This document shows, in pieces, positions 29,346 through 37,021 of a stretch of DNA of 64,000 nt. Under the pieces are notes generated by a model. It ran no database searches and was not told where the DNA came from. It saw only the letters and a program-made list of their open reading frames with translations. Source of the DNA: an uncultured Acidimicrobiaceae bacterium (GTDB taxonomy: Bacteria > Actinomycetota > Acidimicrobiia > Spongiisociales > SHLN01); contig CAMYMH010000001.1 in assembly GCA_947259275.1 (NCBI GenBank), positions 108,287 to 172,286 on the forward strand, in the 5' to 3' direction. Each line of letters begins with the position of its first letter. Positions within the stretch are counted from its first letter, which is position 1. Position numbers and translations under genes: made by a program.

Positions 29346-30289
29346 GCGGGGAGCGGTTCCTCGTCACCGGCGCCATGGGCTGTATCGGCGCATGGGTCAC
29401 CAAACTGCTCCTCGACGAAGGGGTTGCCGTCGCCACCTTCGACCTATCCGACGACGACAGGCGTTTGCGCCAGATCATCGACCCCGATGCCATGGGCCGG
29501 ATCGAACGGATCCTGGGAGACATCACCGATAACCGGCAGGTTTTCGAGGCGATCAGCGGGAGATCGCATGTTATCCACCTCGCCGCACTCCAGATCCCTT
29601 TCTGCCAGGCGAATCCGCCACTCGGCGCGGCGGTCAACGTGACAGGCACCGTCAACGTTTTCGAGGCGGTCAAGGACCACGGCGCGCAGCATCTGGTGTA
29701 CGCCAGCAGCCTGGCCGTGTACGGCCACCCGCGTAACTACGAGGTCGACACTCTGCCACCGGACGCCCCCCGCCTACCGGAAACGCTTTACGGCGTATAC
29801 AAGGTCGCCAACGAGGGCACCGCCGTCGTCTACTGGCAGGACTACCACGTCCCCAGCATCGGGATTCGACCATACACGGTGTACGGCCCGTTACGCGATC
29901 AGGGCGTCACCGCCCAACCGACGTTAGCCATCGAAGCCGCGGTACGGGGTGAGAAATACCACATCGAGTACGGTGGCTTCGCGGGTTTTCAGTTCGCTCC
30001 CGACGTGGCGCGATTGTTGATCATGGCAGCCCGTACCGAGCCGTTCGGCGCCGACGTCTATTCGCTACGCGGTGACATCACCTCGATCGACGAGTTCGTT
30101 CGTGTCGTTGCCGAGGTCACGGGCAGCACCGGGATCACTCACGGCGATGACCCGCTGCCGCTTCCGCACGGTGCCGAGGATGGTCCGCTGCGGGATAGGC
30201 TGGGTGAAGTGCCCCACACACCCTTGAGGGAAGCGATCACCATCACCGCCGACTTCTTTGCGGAGAGGGGACGGCATGGAGCGAGCTGA
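29342..30289 (+). CDS. NAD-dependent epimerase/dehydratase
   Basis: 'TGAMGCIG', 'HLAA', 'YGVYK', 'VYGP'. Confidence 0.9.
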   Translation: MSGERFLVTGAMGCIGAWVTKLLLDEGVAVATFDLSDDDRRLRQIIDPDAMGRIERILGDITDNRQVFEAISGRSHVIHLAALQIPFCQANPPLGAAVNVTGTVNVFEAVKDHGAQHLVYASSLAVYGHPRNYEVDTLPPDAPRLPETLYGVYKVANEGTAVVYWQDYHVPSIGIRPYTVYGPLRDQGVTAQPTLAIEAAVRGEKYHIEYGGFAGFQFAPDVARLLIMAARTEPFGADVYSLRGDITSIDEFVRVVAEVTGSTGITHGDDPLPLPHGAEDGPLRDRLGEVPHTPLREAITITADFFAERGRHGAS

Positions 30290-30938
30290 ACTGGACCTGA
30301 TCGGCGAACGCCTCGAGGGGCTCTACACCGCCATCGTCCACGACGTGCTGCTGGGCCGCGGTGAGCCGACCGGCGTTCTGCCGAAGGGCATCAGCCCCCT
30401 GGCAGGCGGAGGCAAGGTCGGCGGGGTGGTCTACACGGTGTTGGGCAGGCCCGATCCCGACATCTCCGCGCACGAGTCGCTGCTGCTGTGGACCGAATTC
30501 CTCTCCGAGGTGCCGCCGGGGACGGTGGTGGTGAGCCAGCCGAACGATCACGATGTCGCCCACATGGGGGAGCTCTCGGCCGAGACGCTCAAATACCGGG
30601 GGGTGCGCGGATTCATCGTCGACGGCGGCTGTCGCGACACCCGGCTCGTGCTCGACATCGGCTTCCCGGTGTGGTGCCGTTATACGACTCCGTCCGACGT
30701 TGTCGGTCGCTGGCGGGTCGACGCCCTCGGCGAGCCCATCATGATCGGCACCGTAGCCATTCACAGCGGCGACTGGGTGCTCGCCGATGAGGATGGCGTC
30801 GTGGTGGTGCCGGCCGCTACGGCCGAGGAGGTCGTGCGCGAAGCCGAGATCCAAGCGGCGACGGAGGACGAGATCCGGGCGGCGATTCTCAGCGGGGTCT
30901 CCCCGAAGGACGCCTACCTCGAGCACGGCAAGTTCTAA
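30276..30938 (+). CDS. RraA-like/HMG aldolase family protein
   Basis: 'HMGELS', 'VDGGCRD', 'GDWVLADEDGVVVVP'. Confidence 0.88.
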   Translation: MERAELDLIGERLEGLYTAIVHDVLLGRGEPTGVLPKGISPLAGGGKVGGVVYTVLGRPDPDISAHESLLLWTEFLSEVPPGTVVVSQPNDHDVAHMGELSAETLKYRGVRGFIVDGGCRDTRLVLDIGFPVWCRYTTPSDVVGRWRVDALGEPIMIGTVAIHSGDWVLADEDGVVVVPAATAEEVVREAEIQAATEDEIRAAILSGVSPKDAYLEHGKF

Positions 30939-31036
30939 GGGTACCAGGGCTCGATTTGGTGAGCCCGCTCCAACCCACCCCTCAGTCGGGTAGGCTCGGC
31001 GCAGCGTCCACGAGCCCATCCAAGGAGGGCAGAGCA

Positions 31037-32461
31037 GTGTCTGAGACCCATCGTGCCGTCATCCCCTTCGAGTCGCTCGACCCTCTCACGATCGGGGCCA
31101 GCGGCAACGAAGACCTCATCAACCGGGAGACTATTGAGATCGACATCCCGGCCGCCAACCTGATGGCGGACATTCGGCCGGACGAACCGGAGCCGATTGC
31201 AGACGCCACCGCGGCCGCGGCCGCCGCACTGGAAAGCCCCCACTCCGGGCCTCGCTTCTCCGAGCTTCTCAACGGTGCCGGCAGCGTGGCCGTGGTCATC
31301 GATAACCAGTTCCGGCCGACACCCACGTCGAAGTTACTGCCCGCCGTCCTCGATGCAATCGAGGCAGCCGGCATCACAGACGCCCGCGTGGTGTGCGCCA
31401 ACGGGAAGGTCTTTCCGATGTCGGAGTCGGATACCGTGCAGAAGATCGGCGAGGACAATCTCGCCCGTATGGAACAGATGGGCGTTCCCTTCATGCAGAA
31501 TGACCCGGGTAACCCCGCCGCTTACACCTACATCGGGATCTCGTCGCGCGGCACGCCGGTTTGGCTCCACACCGCGGTGGCCAGCGCCGATGTCAAGATC
31601 ACCGTCGGCCAAGCGCAGTCCAATCACTGGGGTGCCGGCGGCGGTGGCAAGCTCATCCTTCCCGGCGTCGTGTCGGACGCCACCATCGAGTCGAACCACG
31701 CCGCCTTCGTCACTTCGCCGCAGACCCACTATGGCGCAGTGGCCGGCCCGATGCGGTCCGACATCGATGAGGTGGCCACCATGTGCGAGCTGACGGCGAC
31801 GATGAATGTCATCCTCGACACCCATGGCCGGGTCTCCGATGTGCTCTTCGGCGCCCATCCCGATGCTCATCGCGAATCCATCAGGCGCTTCAACGCAACC
31901 TATGCGTACGACAACCCGGTGGCCGAGCATGGACCCGCCGACATCGCCATCTGCGGCGTGTTCGCCCCGACCGATCATTTGTTCTTCCATACCGGGTGGG
32001 GCGCCATGTCGACCGACCTGGTCGTTGGCGAGGGCGGCACCATCATCTACTGCTCGCCCTCTCCCGGTGTCCACACCGACCTGGGTGACTTCCCCGGACT
32101 GGCGCTGATGGATCTGATGCAGCCGTACATGCCGCCGACTCGGGAGAACTACGAGCGGGTACTGCATGACATCCACCACCGGGCGATCGAGATGTGGTCG
32201 GGCTGCATCTGGGTGCCGATCTACGAGGTAATGACGCGCAAGCACCTGACGATGGTGACCCTCGAGGAGAACTTGGCGATGGCTGCAGATATCGGCATCG
32301 ACGCCACCACGTCCCTGGACGAAGCCTTCGGGGCGGCCATGGGGCGCCATGGCCCCGACGCCAAGGTCATCGTCCTTCCATACGCGCGATACCAACTGCC
32401 CAAGAACGCCATCCGGATGGATGCGGAGGACATTACGACGCTCGAGCAGTTACGTCTGTGA
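31037..32461 (+). CDS. Divergent LarA-family (nickel pincer nucleotide-dependent) enzyme
   Basis: 'ALESP..GPRF.EL', 'IDNQFRPTP', 'SSRGTPVW', 'GGGGKLILPG', 'SNH'; immediately upstream of larEBC; AGGAGG RBS. Confidence 0.82.
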   Translation: MSETHRAVIPFESLDPLTIGASGNEDLINRETIEIDIPAANLMADIRPDEPEPIADATAAAAAALESPHSGPRFSELLNGAGSVAVVIDNQFRPTPTSKLLPAVLDAIEAAGITDARVVCANGKVFPMSESDTVQKIGEDNLARMEQMGVPFMQNDPGNPAAYTYIGISSRGTPVWLHTAVASADVKITVGQAQSNHWGAGGGGKLILPGVVSDATIESNHAAFVTSPQTHYGAVAGPMRSDIDEVATMCELTATMNVILDTHGRVSDVLFGAHPDAHRESIRRFNATYAYDNPVAEHGPADIAICGVFAPTDHLFFHTGWGAMSTDLVVGEGGTIIYCSPSPGVHTDLGDFPGLALMDLMQPYMPPTRENYERVLHDIHHRAIEMWSGCIWVPIYEVMTRKHLTMVTLEENLAMAADIGIDATTSLDEAFGAAMGRHGPDAKVIVLPYARYQLPKNAIRMDAEDITTLEQLRL

Positions 32462-32467
32462 CCAGCA

Positions 32468-32752
32468 GTGCCCTCGGGATCCAGCCGGCGGATCAGAGGC
32501 AGGACCACCATCGCCGAGATTCTCAGGATGTACCCGGATGGGCGCGCCTACCGGCTCATGCAGCAGTTGCATTGGGCCTGCCCCATGTGCGGTTTCGCCC
32601 CGCGCGAGCCGCTGGCAATGGCGGCCAAGAAGCACAAGAACTCGCCGCTGGCCGTACTCGAGGCCTTTCGAGCTCTCGACGAGCATGACGGACCAAGCGC
32701 AGAGATGATCGCCCGGGCGGCGGAACGACATAGGAAGTACGAGATGCCATGA
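32468..32752 (+). CDS. Small CxxC protein, DUF1858-like
   Basis: 'TTIAEILRMYP...ACPMC....E.L..AA..H'; ATGA overlap with larE. Confidence 0.7.
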   Translation: MPSGSSRRIRGRTTIAEILRMYPDGRAYRLMQQLHWACPMCGFAPREPLAMAAKKHKNSPLAVLEAFRALDEHDGPSAEMIARAAERHRKYEMP

Positions 32753-33546
32753 CTACTGCCGAAGCAAGATTGGCGGACGAACTTCGCTCGCTGGAGCGGG
32801 TTGTCGTCGCCTTTTCCGGTGGCGTGGATTCGGCGACCCTGGCCTATGCCGCGTTGCGCGTCCTCGGTCCTGACCGGATGCAGGCGGTCACGGCCGATTC
32901 CGATTCACTGGCGACCGGTGAGCTCGAGCACTGTGCCGACTTGGCCCGGCAATGGGATATGCCGTGGCGGTCGGTGGCCACCAACGAGCTCGCCAACGTC
33001 GACTACGTTGCAAACCAAGGCGACCGCTGCTTCTGGTGCAAGGATGCCCTCATGGATGCCCTGACACCCGTAGCCGCCGATCTTGGGGCGGCGATCACCC
33101 TCGGCGTCAACGTGGACGACCTCGGCGATCACCGACCCGGGCAGGAGGCCGCCCGTCAGCGCGGGGCCCGCTTCCCGCTGGTAGACGCCGGCCTTCGAAA
33201 GTCAGACATCCGTGAACTGGCCAAAGGGTGGGGTCTCCCGATCTGGGACCGGCCCGCCATGCCCTGCCTCAGCTCACGCGTACCGTACGGCACGCCGGTG
33301 ACCGTGCGAGTGCTGTCGCGCATCGACCGCGCCGAGATGGAGTTGCGGCGCCTCGGCTTCGGCGACCTCCGGGTTCGCCACTACGACGACACCGCACGGA
33401 TCGAGGTGCCGCTCTCGAAGATGACGGAGGTGGTGGAGCAGAGTGAGGTGATCGTCACCGCCTTGCAGCGCATCGGGTACCGCTACGTGACGCTCGATCT
33501 CGCCGGCCTGCGTTCCGGCAACCTCAACTCAGCGCTGTCGCAATGA
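32749..33546 (+). CDS. larE: NPN cofactor sulfur transferase LarE
   Basis: PP-loop 'SGGVDS', 'RCFWCK', 'DDLGDHRPG', 'PCLSSRVPYG'. Confidence 0.95.
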   Translation: MTTAEARLADELRSLERVVVAFSGGVDSATLAYAALRVLGPDRMQAVTADSDSLATGELEHCADLARQWDMPWRSVATNELANVDYVANQGDRCFWCKDALMDALTPVAADLGAAITLGVNVDDLGDHRPGQEAARQRGARFPLVDAGLRKSDIRELAKGWGLPIWDRPAMPCLSSRVPYGTPVTVRVLSRIDRAEMELRRLGFGDLRVRHYDDTARIEVPLSKMTEVVEQSEVIVTALQRIGYRYVTLDLAGLRSGNLNSALSQ

Positions 33547-34214
33547 ATACGTCTGACGACGGGCGAGTGGTGCATCTGGGCGACACGCGCCTCGATGTCG
33601 ATCGACGACGCCGCATCGGTATTCCCGAAGCGGTATACGCCGAGGGGAAGACCGCGGCTCAATGCGTCCGAATCGTCGAAGCCCTCCTCTCGGCCAACGG
33701 TGACCCGGTGATCGTCACCCGGACCAGCCCGGAGCAGCGCGAGTCCCTGGCGGTGCTCGAGCCCACCGCCACCTGGACGGCCACGCTCACCTGGCAGCAC
33801 GCCGAGGCGCAAGCTGTGAAACCGGTCGCCATTGTGTCGGGAGGCACGTCCGACCAGCCGGTGGTGGATGAGTGTCTCGGCACCCTGGCGGCGATGGGCG
33901 TTCCGGTTGAGACACATCGCGACGTGGGGGTGGCCGGCATCCACCGACTGGTCGACGTTCTGCCAAGTCTCGAGGGTGCCTCGGTCGTCGTGGCAGTTGC
34001 TGGTATGGAGGCGTCGCTGCCGACCGTTCTCGGCGGCCTGGTGTGGGCGCCGATTATCGGCGTACCCACCTCTACCGGCTACGGCTCGAGCTTCGAAGGC
34101 ATCACGGCGCTGTTGTCAATGCTCTCGTCGTGCGCTCCCGGGATCAGCGTTGTGGGAATTGACAATGGCTACGGGGCGGCTTGCGCGGCGTTGCGGAGCC
34201 TGGCGCACGACTGA
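33543..34214 (+). CDS. larB: NPN cofactor carboxylase/hydrolase LarB
   Basis: 'GIPEAVYAEGKT', 'GTSD', 'DVGVAGIHRL', 'AGMEASL', 'PTSTGYG', 'IDNGYGA'. Confidence 0.95.
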   Translation: MNTSDDGRVVHLGDTRLDVDRRRRIGIPEAVYAEGKTAAQCVRIVEALLSANGDPVIVTRTSPEQRESLAVLEPTATWTATLTWQHAEAQAVKPVAIVSGGTSDQPVVDECLGTLAAMGVPVETHRDVGVAGIHRLVDVLPSLEGASVVVAVAGMEASLPTVLGGLVWAPIIGVPTSTGYGSSFEGITALLSMLSSCAPGISVVGIDNGYGAACAALRSLAHD

Positions 34215-35386
34215 TGGCGCGGGCACTGTGGCTCAACCCGGCGGTCGGCGTTTCCGGTGACATGTTGCTCGGGGCGTTGATCGACGCCGGCGCCGATGAG
34301 GCGAGCGTGCGCAAGGCGCTGGAGGCGCTCAACGTGACCGGATGGCATCTGGAGGTCATGGACGTCGAGCGCCGCGGGCTCCGCTGCCGTCACGCCAGGG
34401 TGACCGCCGAGGTTGCCGAAGAGCCGAGAACGTGGTCTGCCATCGATGCCTTGCTCGCCGGGGCCGATCTTCCGCCGTCGGCCTCACACGGGGCGCGGGC
34501 GACCTTCCGCCGACTCGGCGAGGTCGAGGCCGAACGGCATGGTGTGGGAATCGATGACGTGCACTTCCATGAGGTGGGCGCGGTGGATGCGATCGTCGAC
34601 ATCGTGGGGTGTTGGGCGGCCCTCGAGACATTGGAGGTTGGCGAGGTATGGTCAGGTCCGGTCGGGCTCGGGACGGGAACGGTGGCCTCATCGCACGGTG
34701 TGCTGCCGCATCCGGCTCCGGCCGTGCTCGGCCTGCTCGAAGGTGTTCCGGTCGTGGGGCTCGACTCGGCGAAGGAGACGGCCACTCCGACCGGCGTCGC
34801 CTTGCTGGTGACGATGGTGGATGAGTGGGGGACGGTTCCCTCCGGACGGCTCGAACGTTCGGGTCTTGGCGCCGGGAGCCGGGATGAGACAACTCATCCC
34901 AACGTGCTGGCCGCCGTGATGATCGAAACCGACGACTCCGCCGAAGTGGACGCCGTGTTGATCGAGACGACACTCGACGACGTAACTCCCGAGATTCTGG
35001 GTCACGTATTAGAACGTGCCCTGGATGCCGGCGCCGACGATGCCTGGCTGGTCCCCGTCGTCATGAAGAAGGCGCGCCCGGGTCACGAGCTGCGCATCCT
35101 GTGCGCCCCGGCGGTGCAGGAGCGTCTGATCGGTCTGGTGGCCGCCGAGACCGGCACACTGGGCATGCGGACCTATCGGGTTGGTAAACACATATTCCCG
35201 AGAGGGTTCGAGGAAGTCTTGTTGGATGGAGAGACCATCCGGATGAAGGTCGGTCCCTATGGGGCCAAGCCGGAGGCGGCCGACGTGATCCGGGTGGCGG
35301 ACGCCACCGGAAGGAGCGCTCGATCGGTGGCAGCCGAGGCGCTGGTCCGATGGGCGAGCCGCGTCACCAACGTGAAGGAGTCCTGA
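34214..35386 (+). CDS. larC: NPN cofactor nickel insertase LarC
   Basis: 'GVSGDMLLGAL', 'VHFHEVGAVDAIVD', 'TPTG', 'ETTLDD', 'MKKARPG'. Confidence 0.95.
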   Translation: MARALWLNPAVGVSGDMLLGALIDAGADEASVRKALEALNVTGWHLEVMDVERRGLRCRHARVTAEVAEEPRTWSAIDALLAGADLPPSASHGARATFRRLGEVEAERHGVGIDDVHFHEVGAVDAIVDIVGCWAALETLEVGEVWSGPVGLGTGTVASSHGVLPHPAPAVLGLLEGVPVVGLDSAKETATPTGVALLVTMVDEWGTVPSGRLERSGLGAGSRDETTHPNVLAAVMIETDDSAEVDAVLIETTLDDVTPEILGHVLERALDAGADDAWLVPVVMKKARPGHELRILCAPAVQERLIGLVAAETGTLGMRTYRVGKHIFPRGFEEVLLDGETIRMKVGPYGAKPEAADVIRVADATGRSARSVAAEALVRWASRVTNVKES

Positions 35387-36010
35387 GTGGAGCTGCACAA
35401 CTCATTCGTGGTCGGTCGTCCGGTCGAAGAAGCCTGGGTCGTGCTCACCGATCTCGGGCGCATTGCCCCCTGCATGCCGGGAGCCCAGCTCACCGGGATC
35501 GAAGGCGACGAGTACCAGGGCCTGGTGAAAGTGAAAGTGGGGCCGATCGTGGCCACCTACACCGGCACTGCCACCTTCACCAGCTGCAACGAAGAGGATG
35601 GCGTCGCCATCATCAAGGCATCCGGGCGTGATACCCGCCAGGGCAACGCCGATGCTGTGATCACAGCCACCCTGAGGCCGGGTGGTGCCGGTACCAGTCA
35701 AGTCGATCTCGCCACCGACCTCAGCCTGAGCGGCAAGCTCGCCAGTTTTGGTAAAGGGGCCATCAAGGACGTCTCAACCAACATCCTCGGGCAATTCGCC
35801 GCCAACCTCGAGGCAATGCTCGCCCAGGAGACCGCCGCACCCAGCCCCCAACCGGCTGCGGCACCACCGGCGGAAAGTCAACCTCCGGCACCGCAGCCGC
35901 TGGATCTCGCCGCCGCTGCCCGGGCCCCGATGCGGAAGCTCGTCCTCCCGGTCGTCGTTGCCCTGCTGCTGATGGTGAGCTGGCGCTGCCTGCGCAGGCG
36001 GCGGCGCTGA
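35387..36010 (+). CDS. CoxG-like SRPBCC protein with C-terminal membrane anchor
   Basis: 'IAPCMPGA', 'VKVKVGP', 'SGKLASFG'; hydrophobic tail + RRRRR. Confidence 0.88.
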   Translation: MELHNSFVVGRPVEEAWVVLTDLGRIAPCMPGAQLTGIEGDEYQGLVKVKVGPIVATYTGTATFTSCNEEDGVAIIKASGRDTRQGNADAVITATLRPGGAGTSQVDLATDLSLSGKLASFGKGAIKDVSTNILGQFAANLEAMLAQETAAPSPQPAAAPPAESQPPAPQPLDLAAAARAPMRKLVLPVVVALLLMVSWRCLRRRRR

Positions 36011-36025
36011 CTCAATCCGGGGGAA

Positions 36026-36946
36026 TCAGAGCAACCCGGCCGCCTCGAGGGCCCGTTTGACCGCTTCGAGCTCGGCGGCGGGTAGCTTGACCAAAGGTGG
36101 CCGCACCACGGCACGCGGCTGCCGACCCAGCAGCACCAACGCCTCCTTGATACGGTTATGCATGTCGACGGCGGGTTCGGCATAGAAGCACTGTGCCAGC
36201 GGGTAGATGCGGTCGTTGATGGTCCGGGCGGCGGGCAGATCGCCGGATTGCACTGCGTTGAAGAGCGCCACCTGCAAGTCGGCAATGACGCTGCCCGAAC
36301 CGGAGAGCAGGCCGTTGCATCCCATCGTCAAGGAGGCCATCAGCCAGGCGCTGTTGGTCGACAGCACATTGATTGGCCGAGGTAGCCCCTGGAGAACCCG
36401 GACATGGCGCTCGTGGATGGCCCCACTGTTCCAGTCCTTGACGGCGCATATGGTCGGGACCTCCTCCACCATCTGCAACAGGGTGTCCATGGGGTAGGCG
36501 TAGTCGCCCGAGTATTGGAAGGCGATGAGCGGCAAATCGCTGGCGGCGGCGATGGTTCTGAAGTGAGCCAACGCCATCTCCGGCCGGCGCTGCCCGTGCA
36601 TCATCCCGATGGTGTGGGGCGGGAACACCAGGAGCGCCGAGGCTCCAGCCGCCTGGGCCATGGCTGCGATCCGGGCGGCTTCGAGGCTCCCGTCGGCGTA
36701 GACGCCGCTGATGACGGGCAAGGCGTTTCCCACCTCATCGAGTGCCAGGTCGAGGACCCGGTGCTGCTCGTCGACGGTGCAGGCGTGCACCTCCGAGGCG
36801 TGCCCGTTGACGGTGATGGCCGAGATCCCGACCACCCCGGCAACGTCGCGGAGGTGGCGCCGCGTGGCGTCGTTGTCGATAGAGAGATCTTCGTGGAATG
36901 CGAGAAGCGTCGCCGGGATGACCCCATCGGGCATGTAGGAACTCAT
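36026..36946 (-). CDS. Dihydrodipicolinate synthase (class I aldolase) family protein
   Basis: 'GVIPATL', 'VNGHASE', 'AVKDW', 'VRPPL'; GGAGG RBS. Confidence 0.88.
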   Translation of the reverse strand: MSSYMPDGVIPATLLAFHEDLSIDNDATRRHLRDVAGVVGISAITVNGHASEVHACTVDEQHRVLDLALDEVGNALPVISGVYADGSLEAARIAAMAQAAGASALLVFPPHTIGMMHGQRRPEMALAHFRTIAAASDLPLIAFQYSGDYAYPMDTLLQMVEEVPTICAVKDWNSGAIHERHVRVLQGLPRPINVLSTNSAWLMASLTMGCNGLLSGSGSVIADLQVALFNAVQSGDLPAARTINDRIYPLAQCFYAEPAVDMHNRIKEALVLLGRQPRAVVRPPLVKLPAAELEAVKRALEAAGLL

Positions 36947-37021
36947 GGCCTCCTCGCGTCCGTGAACCGGATTATGGCGCGCCTGATCTGGGCAGGAAGC
37001 AGGCGAAGTAGGGTGCGGCCT

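Noticed and set aside
34214-35386. larC1/larC2 programmed frameshift
   Set aside because: LarC is one continuous frame here.
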